This document shows, piece after piece, positions 24,401 through 37,005 of a DNA stretch of 60,206 bases. The notes below the pieces were generated by a model. The model was not told the origin of the DNA, ran no database searches, and saw only the letters and a program-made list of their open reading frames with translations. The DNA is from Rhina ancylostomus. Lineage: Eukaryota. The stretch's first letter is position 1; the number at the start of each line of letters is the position of its first letter. The DNA lies in assembly GCA_030265395.1 (NCBI GenBank), contig JARFYF010000001.1, positions 100,682,778-100,742,983 of the forward strand, read 5' to 3'. The translations under genes were made by a program, and so were the position numbers.

Positions 24401-27400
24401 ATCCTAATTTAGAAGGAATTCATTACTGTAATGTGACAGCAGGATTAACCCAAAACACTGCACGTTTAATTCTACATTCTTCAAGATGTTGAAATAAAAC
24501 TGATTAAGGGTTAAAACAAGTTTTCCTTTTTGACTAAATTTTGTACACAACATGATTAGATATATGATTTAAGTTTAGGTCATCTCAGTGGTCGGAGTTA
24601 GTTGGCCATTGTGAATTTAAGAAGCTGCCTACAAAAGCTTAATGTAGTATGTTGCCCTGGAGAAAGAAATTGGACAACCAAGAGAGCTCATTTCCTTATC
24701 ATTTGATCACTTTTTTGACATGAGTAGTTCACACCTTTTTTAACCAACAGCTTCCTTGTACACCTGCTCAGTCACCTCATCAATTTCATTTTAGCAAAGT
24801 AGTTTCCTTTCAGTTTGTCTGCCAGAAGATTGCGAGTGTGATAAGGAAGAGAAACAGATAAGTATTGCCAGTCTTTATCTTGGTGTCTCTGTTTGTTTTT
24901 GCATTGGTCTACGTAATGAAACAAAGAGGATTTAATCATGTTAAACAAAGGGCTATTGGTACCCAGGGGGATCTCATTTACTTTGCTCTTGGTATACTCG
25001 TTTCATATTGCACTTCTCCCTCTTTGTCGATGCAGTACACTGAGTTTCCTACCTGAGGCTTAGAATTGGGAGGTGTGAAATTCAGCACTTGTTTTGACAG
25101 GTGCTCCTTCCCAAACAACAACCCAGGACAGCCATTGCCTGTGCACATGAGTAATAACCTCTGATATGCTAATTACTGTATTTACTAAACTTTTCTCCTT
25201 AATGAGGTTTAGACGCTCCAAACATCTTTGTGACTATTGACATGATGTGATTTTCTTGCTAAGATTTGAATTTAATCCACTATTCACTTGGTGCTCAATA
25301 AGTTGACCCGACAGTAATAAGGTCAAAATCCCTGGAGTGAGGAAGACAGTATTAGTCTCAAGTGAGTTAGAAAGGTCTTCTTCTCAAGTGAGATTACGTA
25401 CCGCCTATTCCACTCACTCTATGATGCTTTATGTTAAATTATTTGTTTTAGTTGAGATTATTGGAATTGGGGAGGCTGTGGGGGAAAAATTCTTGTTGGT
25501 TATTTCAAAATGCCATTCGCTTTTGTTCAGGTGAGGTTGGCTCACACGTTTGAAAATCCCACGAGTGAAGCTTTGAGTAGATCAATGTAGATTATGAGCA
25601 CTGTAGATTATTCAATTTTCAGACTGTGTCCTACTGAAAACTAGTAAGTCTGCGACTGAACCATGATTCAAAACTGTATAAATGTTCACCAGGGAGTGGA
25701 AATGGTCCAAAGTTCCTTCCAAAATGCAGATGCTGTAAATAATGGCTTTAAATCACTGCTGTGGTAATTACCACATCCATTTTGGACTAAGAAATGTGGA
25801 GCTGGCTTTTAAACAACATTGGTAGACTTCCTAGTCATTGTTCAGTTCTGCAGCTTGAAATTGCTCCATTATCAGCCTCAAAATGATTTAATATTTGCCA
25901 CTGTTACATCTGTATAATGGTGATTTAAGGTTTAANNNNNNNNNNNNNNNNNNNNNNNNNNNNNNNNNNNNNNNNNNNNNNNNNNNNNNNNNNNNNNNNN
26001 NNNNNNNNNNNNNNNNNNNNNNNNNNNNNNNNNNNGTTTAATGGCAATACATTATCAGGTTTGTGACAGGATGAATGTATTGTGGTTGTGATATTATTCA
26101 AGAAAAACGTAACTGCCCATGGATTTATATTTTTAGATCTTGAATGTAAACACAACATTTTGAAGAACTCCAAATTTAATTTTTAACTTGTCCCTGGTAA
26201 GATTTAAATCTATAGTGATATCTTGGTGCAATCACAAGCATAAATATAATCCATCATATAAAATACATTAATATTCATATTCAGTAAGCAGCATTAGATG
26301 AGTTGAAGAGAGAAATTTGAGGAATTGCTATATTGGCTTAACTATCATCTTTCTCCCTGCACTGGCAGTGCTCCTGCTTCTTAGCTGCAGGTCTTAAATG
26401 AATAGATAATGTGTCAGCCACTACAGGTGTTCATTTAAACCTGAGGCATTTAGCAGGTATGAGAAACCTTAATTAACATTTTGTTTAATTACTGCCCTAT
26501 GACCCCTTTTCCTTTCCCATGTTGGTTCTCAGCTTCCCAAACAAAAGCCAATCCCTGCAGCTATAATATGAACAGAAACTTAAATTTGCTGTTTCAGGTT
26601 GCGTGGTCTCCTTACTCTGACACGATGAAATTCCCATCAGCTGGAAGCACTTCCTTTTCAGTTATCATAAGCTGCTTAAAGAAGTTTCACTAGCTAGCTT
26701 TGTCTTTGTTTGTTAAATTTAGTTTCTTTCTTTTTCTATGATGACAAATTGCACTCTGAGTGTTTACCAGTGGGCTACTTTAACATTCACTTCCATCCCA
26801 GCAGTGACAGAGACTGGCTTTTAATATAAGTAATGTTACCTCTACACACCGAAGGGCAATTGGCAGCTCTGTATGTTCTAGTTCAGTGAAAAGATTAAAA
26901 TCAGACATATCATTTTTCATTAAGATAGTTTTAAAGAAAGGCTTTTGTAAGAAACTTGCAGCTTTGAAATGTGCTCGAAAATCATCTTCATCATACATAT
27001 GGTGAATTGACATTTCTGTCACCATTTGTGATTATATTGAGCCAATGTGGGTGCTATAGTAACAGCTTATGCTGTTGCCAGTATTGTCGTTTCTTCTCAC
27101 TCTCCCTGCAGGATGGCTCAGTATCTCTGACATTTTATTCTCCTTACACATTATAGTTAATGATCATTGTGCATAAGTGTGTTTTGCACTTTTTAATGAA
27201 TTAAAGTGAACTTTGCAACATCCTTTGACTTTTTATTATGAAGAACTCGCCGTCTTCACCTCCTTCATTTGAACCAAAGATCATGTCAAAATGTCTGATT
27301 TCATTATTCAAAAGCGAAGGAAAACAGACAGTTGATCTGTTTAGCACTTTGTGTGAGAGTCATTACTTGTACATGTTTTAATGTGCAACATTGTCTCTTT

Positions 27401-29494
27401 GTGGATGCCACTAAATGAAGTATTTATCAATTAAAGAGGAACTGAAAGTAAGCCTACAGAGAATATGCATTTCCTTACAAAAGAAAATCTTTCATCTGCC
27501 TCATAATGAGAGAGACAATTATTCTGACAGGCAAGTTCATTAGCTTCATTATGTCAGTGAACTAATGATTTTTGCCTTTGTTTCCAAATGATTTCCAAAG
27601 TGTAAATGTACATTTGTACCAATTTTCCAAGAGTGCCAGCCTTATTGTAAAATACATTCAGTGAGAAGATAACGTAGGAAGAGACAAAGAAATTAACCTG
27701 ACAAAATGTAACTGCCGAAAATTGTTCAGGCGCAATTCCTTTTGTTCACATGTTACATGAAATCACTGGCTATTACCAAGATTTAAATTATGTTTCTAAG
27801 TTACTGGGAGAACAGAATTAAAATATTACTTGTCCATCAATTTGTTGAATCATATGTAATCTGTTCTGCCTTTTTAGTAAATCTCAGAAAAAAATCTTCC
27901 TCTAAACTTGCATTTCCTGTGAATCAACATTTGAAATGTACGGTAAAGTGAGAGAGCTCTAAGAACACAGCTGTTAGTTTAGCAAAGGCACTAACAAGGA
28001 GCATTGGTTGCATTTTTAATGAACAACATTGAACTTTATAATTATCAGCAACAGAGTTGGATGTAGGTGCAATTACTTGTATGTTGTCAGTGCTGTGATA
28101 CTGCCTAGCAAACACAGAAATATTTATCTCAATTCCTGGATAGCCTTCCTTGCTCTAAGTGAAGGTAGATGGTGGTTGAAATCCTCTGTCGAAGCAAACA
28201 CTAAGGCAATGATGCTGATCCATGGCACATCTAAGCCTACAATGCTTGGCACTATTCCTGTATTTGGTATGACTGTGGATACTGTGAATTGTTAGTGTTG
28301 AGCATGTAATCTGTCAGCCTTGCTAAGCATACAAAATGAAGTAAATACATTTTTAGCATGCAATTAATATGCATCTACAATAGGTACTGTAAAGCAAAAC
28401 TGATAGCCACGGCAAAACACTTCCACATTCATTAAATGATCTATATTTTGGCTCGCACAAATGAGAACTGCAGTAAAATAGCATCTAATTATGTCTCATT
28501 AAAACTAGCAGAAATCAAAACAGCAGCTTAGTTTGCCTGCATGTATAACATCAGATGATGATGTCTTTTAACTAAGCTTGCTGATTTATTTAGTTAATGC
28601 AGAAATAATTGGTTTTCGGACATAATGATTTCAAATTCCCAAAGACACCGTCTGTCATCTGTGATCTCATGAGATGGAATGTTTAAATGATCTGAGTGCC
28701 CTTAAACTACAAGCAGGATATATCTGTCTTGCATGCTAATTTGTTATGTATTGCATAAGTGTTTTAATGCTGCATCTATCTGTAATGTTTTTGTCAGGGT
28801 TCCAAATTACAAAATTTAAGCCAACTGTGACAACTTTAATTGGACAAGTTTATGGCAAATTAACTGATTTCCACTGTTCTCTAACAAGTTTCCATGGGTT
28901 TCATACACAGTGCCATGTCACTGTATATGGGGATTGGATTGGTTGCATCGTGTAATAAGCTGCCATATAATACATCACTGTATGTGTCCAGATTTCAGTT
29001 ACACAACAACCTGTGATAATTACTAAACATCCAATCTGGCTGACAACAATACTGGCACAATAATGAAAAGTTAACAATATGAAAATCATTGCTGGGGAAA
29101 ACAATAGTGATTTTTCTGATGTAAATACATTTCCCATTGCAGGTTAGAATTGTGGTTCATTATAAAATGAATGTGTTTACCTTCTTCAACAATTCATGTT
29201 CCTATGTTTCTATAATTTTGACATTTGAGACCATTTTCTTCAGAGGATAGACTTAAATCAGAGGCAAAGAAAACAATTTTTGAATTTTTCGGTGAAATTC
29301 AATACATTTGAAAATCACGTTATACTTGTAAATTTTGAACAATTTTAATTTAGTTGTTTAANNNNNNNNNNNNNNNNNNNNNNNNNNNNNNNNNNNNNNN
29401 NNNNNNNNNNNNNNNNNNNNNNNNNNNNNNNNNNNNNNNNNNNNNNNNNNNNNNNNNNNNNNNNNNNNNNNNNNNNTGTACAAAAAAATACTAT

Positions 29495-29610
29495 CCAGCT
29501 GAACTGACGTGATCTTATTTCTTTTTCCGTGGATGCTGTTTGACATGCCAAGGATTTCCAGCATTTTCTGCTTTTATTGCAGATTTCCAGCATGGATAGT
29601 ACTTCGGGTT
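29495..29610 (+). mobile_element. Solo PLE terminal repeat fragment
   Basis: 'ttccgtggatgctgtttgacatgccaaggatttccagcattttctgcttttattgcagatttccagcat'. Confidence 0.65.
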
Positions 29611-29644
29611 TTGAGATATTCAGTGGGATGACTGAAAACTCGGT

Positions 29645-31150
29645 CATAAAGTTAAGTTTGGAGGAGGAAGGAGAGGTGGAAAGACAGAGAGATTTGATTT
29701 CCTGAGTTTAGAATCTGGGTAGCTGAAGGCACTGCTGCCAGTAGTTGGGTTGAGAAATGTGGATATGCAAGAGACAAGAGAGTAACATCTTGGTGAGTTG
29801 CAGGTATGGAAAAGGCACAACGTATGATGGGGTTTGTAGGGCAGGCCAGGGTTATAGAGTTCAACAGGAAGATCTAAACTGATCTGGTTTCCTTCCACAT
29901 TCCAAAGACATACGGGTAGGTTAACATGGGTTTAAAGTGGGCAGTGTGGACTTGTTGGGCCGGAAGGGCCTGTTACCACACTGTAAATAAAATTTAATTT
30001 AAATTTAAATCAAAGTCATTGAAGAACAATATAGGTCATCCAGCATGGCTAGAGTTGTGGCATGTTAGGATTCGGCTAGCAGTGGTTTGCATGTGTTTGT
30101 TTTAAACAGATGGAAGGTAAAAGAATGATCAACTGGGCATTAAGATAAGCAAGTCTAGAGCCAAATGCACTTGGGCACAGTATGGGTTTTTTAGCAGCAG
30201 ATAGAATGAGGCAGGGAGACAAATGGCCAATGTCACAGAATGACTAGATAGATGTAAATAAAGGTTTTACTAGACCAAACGTATCAAAGGCTTGTGGAAG
30301 AGAAAGTGCTTGAGCTAGATTGTCAGCTATAGTAAATGGAGAGCCAAAGACAGCAGTTAGGAATTTGAGAGTGCTATAGTTTGTGATGTGCAGACAGCTT
30401 CTCTGGCTGAGTTGGAGAAGGAAATAGGGTTGGAAGGGGGATGAAGTGATAAGGGATTAAAGAAATGGATGGCCTTGACTGTGGCAACAAAAGGAACAAG
30501 AAGAAAGAAGGATTGAATGAGATGAGAGCCTCAGAGGAACAGATCGTGGTGAAAGACTGTTGTGAGAGACCAAGTTGAAACTTAATTATGGTGGTTTGGA
30601 TGATAAGATTGTGGCAAGCATAGCCAGACAAGATGATGTCAATCAGGGAAAAAGTAATCACTCTTGAGTCAAGATCACATCAGAACAACAATGCCAATGG
30701 AATTATCCACATTAAAATCATGGTCTTCTTCACATGTGAATGGACATTCTAGAGGGTTACATGAAAAGCTTAAGGAGTTATTGATGTATTAANNNNNNNN
30801 NNNNNNNNNNNNNNNNNNNNNNNNNNNNNNNNNNNNNNNNNNNNNNNNNNNNNNNNNNNNNNNNNNNNNNNNNNNNNNNNNNNNNNNNNNNNAAGAGTTG
30901 GTGGGGTGAGTGGGATGAGAAGGATGGCAGGTTAGTTCTGATGGAGGCATTGGATGAATATTCATTGAGAGAGGAGAAATGAATAGTTGTGATCACTGCT
31001 CATGATGCAATGAAAAATGCCTCAATGACCCTTTGGAAATTATTGAGTGAGGCAAATAAGTAAAATGCAGGCTCATCCAATCCTCGTATGGTGACATGTA
31101 TATTGAAGGATTGGGTGCAGGTTTTGGAGATGTGAGTGAAAGTATGTGGC
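29645..31150 (-). mobile_element. Decayed L2-clade LINE with a nested SINE
   Basis: Purine-rich antisense pattern 'tagctgaaggcactgctgcc' (GSSAFSY), 'gaaagactgttgtgagagacc', 'ttgagagaggagaaatg' typical of L2 ORF2. Confidence 0.5.
29885..30010 (+). mobile_element. 5'-truncated V-SINE, CR1-type tail with (ATTTAA)n end
   Basis: 'ggtttccttccacattccaaagac...ttgttgggccggaagggcctgttaccacactgtaaataaaatttaatttaaatttaaat'. Confidence 0.8.
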
Positions 31151-31329
31151 TGGGAAGACTTTAACATTCTGAGTAACTTGGACTGGATAAACTCAAAGAG
31201 AACCCAAGAAGCATAACAAAAAATAAAGATGTTTGACGGTTTGCCAATAGCTGCCCCCAGTACTAATGTGAATTTAAGTTCTTTTTGACTGTTCTAACAA
31301 TATTATGTTCTGTGTAACTTTAATGTATT

Positions 31330-31625
31330 ATTTTGGATCCCTGTGTGAGATTACCTCCAAGGTGCCTCCTTTCCAGGTTCAAAAGCCCAAATTTCTCATA
31401 ACTCATACTTTTGTAATTGAGCACAAGTTTTGTGCCTTTTACTGAACATCCTTCAGTACATGAGACTCCCTCATTTTGTTTGCCATGCCTGAATATATTC
31501 CCTGTTTCTCAGTGACCAGAACTGTACTCTTTATTTCAAGTGCAGTTTGGCCAGCACACTGCACAGTTTGGCCAGCACACTGTACAGTTTGATCAAGTGT
31601 TTCATAATACAAAAGAATTCTTAAC
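31330..31625 (-). mobile_element. Decayed CR1 ORF2 fragment containing a 21-bp tandem duplication
   Basis: 'gaccagaactgtactc...tcaagtg' (antisense YxVxFW motif); cagtttggccagcacactg repeated at 31543 and 31564. Confidence 0.55.
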
Positions 31626-31634
31626 AAGCACTTA

Positions 31635-31878
31635 AAACTTTATTTTACAGCACGTTAACAGGCCCTTCCAGCCCAACGAGTCCATGCCACCCATTTAAAC
31701 CCATGTTAACCTACCTGTACATCTTTTTGAAAGTGGGAGGAAACCGGAGCACCCAGAGGAAACCCACACAGACAAGGAGAGAACGTACAAACTCCTTACA
31801 GACAGCGATGGGAATTGAACCCCAATCGCTGGCGCTGTAATAGCATCACACTAACCGCTTACATTACTGTGCCGCCCT
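31635..31878 (-). mobile_element. Full-length tRNA-derived V-SINE (HE1-like)
   Basis: Minus strand GGGCGGCACAGTAATGTAAGCGGTTAG (A-box region) ... GGGGTTCAATTCC (B box), then V domain 'gggtttcctctgggtgctccggtttcctcccac' and CR1-type tail 'gggctggaagggcctgtt'. Confidence 0.9.
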
Positions 31879-33059
31879 TGTGTACAAACTATATTTCAAT
31901 AAAAATTTACATCCTCAGAGACCCTGTTAAGATAACATGTAAAATATCAAACAAAAACTTACTTAAGGTGTGCTAATCTCAGTAGCTCATTTTAGGTTTT
32001 TTTTTCTATTAACCTATGTTGTTAGCCATTCATGAATTTAAGACCCAGCACACTTCTGGATTTTTCATATAGCTCAGCCTGTTATATGCACTGTGAAAAT
32101 CAACTGGTGACAAACAGCTGCCAGCAGCTTGGAAAAAATTCTTAAACTTTTCTGGCACTTCATATGAGTCTGAATCAAGTGTAGGTTTAGAGGGCAGGAG
32201 ATAATTGGAGTCATTTGAAAATCCTGCATTCTGTCCTTCTTATGACCACAGGCAGGCTAGATCCATAATTTGCACATATAAATGATAAAACATTGATGGA
32301 ATGCTGAAATCTATAGCTGGGGGAAAATTCTAGCTCTTATGCATACCCTGCACATGTGAAATAGATGTGTGGTTTATTGTCAGAACTCACTGATTTTAAA
32401 CTACTTAAACTGAGGTTTGCTGGTCTTTCAGGCAGCATTGCAAAGAATTATAAAGTATTTAGAGGACATAAACCAGCTATTGTATCCCACAAATTTATAT
32501 TGGTTTTGATGCTCAACACAGGCTTCATCCCACTCTTTTTTTATCTCACCCCATCAACATATCTTACTCCTGCTCACTTTCTATCTTCTGGCATACACAG
32601 ATGCCTCAGCTGCTCCTTGTAGCAACCAGTTCCACATTTTTCCAACCTCCGGGAAAAGTGGTTCTCTTGAACTTCCTGTTGGGTTTACTGATGGCCGTTT
32701 TATCTTTACAGACCCTTGTCAGACTTGCACCGTTTCACTTGCCACCCTTTGCAGTTCCACCCATTATGTCCGAACAGCCTCGCTTCCCCGTCAACCACTT
32801 CCCACCCCTATGCTATTCCCCTGGCCTGCTCCACTCATTGNNNNNNNNNNNNNNNNNNNNNNNNNNNNNNNNNNNNNNNNNNNNNNNNNNNNNNNNNNNN
32901 NNNNNNNNNNNNNNNNNNNNNNNNNNNNNNNNNNNNNNNNNNNNNNNNNNNNNNNNNNNNNNNNNNNNNNNNNNNNNNNNNNNNNNNNNNNNNNNNNNNN
33001 NNCACTCACCACACCTCGGTTGCAGATTCCACTTTAACAACAAATTAAACGTTCCCAGA

Positions 33060-33258
33060 AAACAGAAATGTTGGAAATGCTCGGCAGGTCAGATAGTATC
33101 TGTGGAGGGGGTAACAGTGATTCAGGTCAATGATCTTCTATCAGAACTGATGAAGTTTTAACCCTCTGTCTCTCCACAGTTACTGTTCGACCTGCTGAGT
33201 ATTTGTGGCATTTTCTGCTGTAATTTGGGTTTCCAGCATCTGTAGCATTTTGCTTTTC
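33060..33258. mobile_element. Fold-back Penelope-terminus element
   Basis: Imperfect inverted arms at about 33063-33107 and 33172-33217, meeting near 'atcag-aa-ctgat'. Confidence 0.7.
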
Positions 33259-33589
33259 AACATCTCCCATCTTCCTTCTAAAAGCACTTGAGCCTCCCAC
33301 TGCTTGGTGAGGTGAACAGGTTTTGAGTGGTCCAATCAAAAGTCAACAGTCACTAAGACTCGGCAGAGCCCAGAAGCAGATGTAAACTCAGCACTCAGAG
33401 GTAAATTAGGAAGGCAACACTCTAAGCTGTTCAAAAAAGTATACAGTTGCTAAATGTTTCCTTTTAAAAGCTACTGTTTTACCTATTCTTCTCAATCCCC
33501 TAAATCATGGAGCGGAACACATTTCCTCACTGTCCACCATCAGTAACCACTATACTTCCTAGCATCAGCATCATTTGGGAAACCATTAT

Positions 33590-34450
33590 TCAGGAGGCTT
33601 ACCGGAGTGAGATAGGACACCTGGTTGAGTGGTGCTGCACGAAAACCTCTCGCTCCGTGTCAACAAAATTAAACAGCTGATTGTTGACTTCAGGAAGAGG
33701 AAGGGGAAGGAGGGCGAATGTGCCCGTCTACGTTGGGGGATCGGCTGTGGAGAGAGTCAGCAGCTTTAAATTCCTGGGTGTTAACATATCAGATGACCTG
33801 TCCTGGGCCCAGCACATAGATGCAATCATAANNNNNNNNNNNNNNNNNNNNNNNNNNNNNNNNNNNNNNNNNNNNNNNNNNNNNNNNNNNNNNNNNNNNN
33901 NNNNNNNNNNNNNNNNNNNNNNNNNNNNNNNNNNNNNNNNNNNNNNNNNNNNNNNNNNNNNNNNNNNNNNNNNNNNNNNNNNNNNNNNNNNNNNNNNNNN
34001 NNNNNNNNNNNNNNNNNNNNNNNNNNNNNNNNNNNNNNNNNNNNNNNNNNNNNNNNNNNNNNNNNNNNNNNNNNNNNNNNNNNNNNNNNNNNNNNNNNNN
34101 NNNNNNNNNNNNNNNNNNNNNNNNNNNNNNNNNNNAGCCTGAAGTCCCACACCACCAGGTTCAGGAACAGCTACTTCCCTTCAACCATTCGGTTCTTGAA
34201 CCAACTGGCACAGCCCTAATCACTACCTCAGTACAGCAACACTCTGACCACTTTGATCACTTTGCACTAAAATGGACTTTGTTTTTTTTGTTCTAATTGT
34301 GTTCTTTCTTGTAAAAATTGTGTTTAATTTATGTTTTTCTTGTGAATGCTGCTTATATGATGCACGTGCCTGTGATACTGCTGCAGGTTTTTCATTGCAC
34401 CTGTGCATATATGTGCAAATGACAGTAAACTCAACTTTGACTTTGACTCT
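33590..34450 (+). mobile_element. Rex1/Babar-clade LINE 3' portion
   Basis: EAYRSEIGHLVEWC, KQLIVDFRK and AVERVSSFKFLGVNISDDLSWAQHIDAI motifs; 'accaccaggttcaggaacagctacttccc' (TTRFRNSYFP); (TTTGAC)n tail. Confidence 0.9.
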
Positions 34451-34566
34451 CAAGTTCACACACACACACATATCAGCTCTAACAAGAGTAAAATCAGGAA
34501 GGGAAGCCAAGTCAATAATTCTACAGCCCATTGTGCCTGCACGAGCTCATTAATGGAGTTTGAAAT

Positions 34567-35080
34567 TACAGTGACAGATTTGCATCAATTGATACAGTCC
34601 CTAGTGTCATACAATGTGAGGACAGTAGTGCACGCTGTATTGCATACAGCTGTTATACAATGACAGATATGTACCCACCAGTACTGCACCCTAGTGTTTT
34701 ACAGTGATAGGCCTGTACTAATCAGTACTGTACCCATGTTATACAGCAACAGACATATGCATAATTGTAGTGTAACCAAGTGTACCACAGTGATAGATCG
34801 TGTATCTACCACTACTACATCCACATGTTATACAGTGACAAGGTCTACTAGTACTGTTCCTCAGTGGTATAGAGTGATAGGCCTATATGCACCAGTTATT
34901 CCACTCCAGTGTTTTTCAGCGACAGACACATCCCACAGGAAGTGGGCACATGTGCAATAGAATGGCAGGCCTATGTTGACCGGCATTGCATCCTGCAGCT
35001 ATACAATGACAGATCTGTTAGCATCATTGCTACATGATGGCTTGTTCCCACCAGTACTCTAGCTGAATGTTTCACAGTGG
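34567..35080 (+). repeat. Degenerate minisatellite array (about 40-45 bp unit)
   Basis: Recurrent tacagtgacaga/ggcctgta...ccaccagtactg(c/t)accc.agtgtt units. Confidence 0.75.
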
Positions 35081-35084
35081 TAAT

Positions 35085-35222
35085 GAAGATTGCAGAATAT
35101 AGTGTTACAGGTTAGAGAAAGTGCAGTGCAGGTAGGCAAATAAGATGCAAGGTCCATGATGAAGTAGATTGGAAGATCAAGAGTTCATCTCAATTGTACA
35201 AGAAGTCCAGTCAAGAGTCTTG
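35085..35222 (-). mobile_element. Rex1-like LINE 3' UTR fragment
   Basis: 'gcagaatatagtgttacagg.tagagaaagtgcagtgcagg...aagtccagtcaagagtct' pattern. Confidence 0.45.
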
Positions 35223-35469
35223 CACCTTTGAAAGGTTCTGAGCTTTAATGTATGGCAATGTTGTTCAAATACACAGATGATTTTTTGCTTTATGTCACAA
35301 CATTTCCCTGGAACTTCAGAAAATATTAATTGAGAGATTAGTAGGTTGAACGAGACATTAAATTTATTTACTGATTTGCACTACTTTTACAAACTTCCCT
35401 TCACAGTTTTAATGACTGGTGTTTGTGCCTTATTTCAGCACAGTGATTACAGGATACCTAGAAATTATT

Positions 35470-37005
35470 TTCAAGTTGCTGAAGTGGGGGAGCACCTTGG
35501 GACCAGTGACCTTAATTCTATTAGTTTTGAAATAGTTATGGAAAAAGTTTAGGACTGGTCCTCAAGTTAAAGTCCTAAATTGGGGCAAGGGTAATTTAGA
35601 TAGCATTAGACAAGAACTTGTCAAGGTTGATTGGGAGAGGCTGTTATCAGGTAAAGGGACATCTGGCAAGTGGGAGGCTTTTAGATGTGAGATAGGAAGA
35701 GTTCACGGCCAACATGTTCCTGTTAGAGTGAAGGCCAAGGCTGGCAGGATAAGGGAACTTTGATTGATAAGAGATATTGAGACTCTGGTCAGGAAGAAGA
35801 AGGAGGCATATTAGCAGGTATCGGCAGCTGGGATCAAGTGAATCTTTTGAGGAGTATAAGAGATTTAGGAGATCCCTTAAGAAGGAAATCCGAAAGGCAG
35901 AAAAAGGTTGTCTAAGGTTACAACAGGATATTGGGTAAAAGAAGGGCAGATGAAATTTAACTTGGTCAAGTGCGAAGTGAAAAACTTCGGGAAGCTAAGC
36001 CAGGCCAGGACATACAGAGTGAATGGCAGGGTCCTGGGGAGTGCTGTTGAACAGACAGACCTAGGCATAGAGTCATAGAGCACAGAATCAGGCCNNNNNN
36101 NNNNNNNNNNNNNNNNNNNNNNNNNNNNNNNNNNNNNNNNNNNNNNNNNNNNNNNNNNNNNNNNNNNNNNNNNNNNNNNNNNNNNNNNNNNNNNNNNNNN
36201 NNNNNNNNNNNNNNNNNNNNNNNNNNNNNNNNNNNNNNNNNNNNNNNNNNNNNNNNNNNNNNNNNNNNNNNNNNNNNNNNNNNNNNNNNNNNNNNNNNNN
36301 NNNNNNNNNNNNNNNNNNNNNNNNNNNNNNNNNNNNNNNNNNNNNNNNNNNNNNNNNNNNNNNNNNNNNNNNNNNNNNNNNNNNNNNNNNNNNNNNNNNN
36401 NNNNNNNNNNNNNNNNNNNNNNNNNNNNNNNNNNNNNNNNNNNNNNNNNNNNNNNNNNNNNNNNNNNNNNNNNNNNNNNNNNNNNNNNNNNNNNNNNNNN
36501 NNNNNNNNNNNNNNNNNNNNNNNNNNNNNNNNNNNNNNNNNNNNNNNNNNNNNNNNNNNNNNNNNNNNNNNNNNNNNNNNNNNNNNNNNNNNNNNNNNNN
36601 NNNNNNNNNNNNNNNNNNNNNNNNNNNNNNNNNNNNNNNNNNNNNNNNNNNNNNNNNNNNNNNNNNNNNNNNNNNNNNNNNNNNNNNNNNNNNNNNNNNN
36701 NNNNNNNNNNNNNNNNNNNNNNNNNNNNNNNNNNNNNNNNNNNNNNNNNNNNNNNNNNNNNNNNNNNNNNNNNNNNNNNNNNNNNNNNNNNNNNNNNNNN
36801 NNNNNNNNNNNNNNNNNNNNNNNNNNNNNNNNNNNNNNNNNNNNNNNNNNNNNNNNNNNNNNNNTACAATAACAATGTTTAGAAAGCCATTTGGACAGGT
36901 ACATGGAAAGGAAAGGTTTTGAGAGAGAGGGGCTAAATGCAGGCAAAATAGTATTCGCTTAGGTCGAGCTGAAGGACATGTTTCCATGCCGAATTACTCT
37001 GACTT
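35470..37005 (+). mobile_element. CR1 LINE ORF2 fragment with internal deletion and a nested insertion over a gap
   Basis: EVGEHLGTSDLNSISFEIVME and LNWGKGNLDSIRQELVKVDWERL (post-endonuclease) jump at about 35910 to QMKFNLVKCEV (RT C-terminus); 3' tail at 36865-37005; antisense tail 'catagagtcatagagcacagaatcaggcc' at 36066. Confidence 0.85.

Noticed and set aside
31800-31878. tRNA-like sequence (also 58715-58790)
   Set aside because: SINE head with A/B boxes continuing into a V domain; no complete cloverleaf
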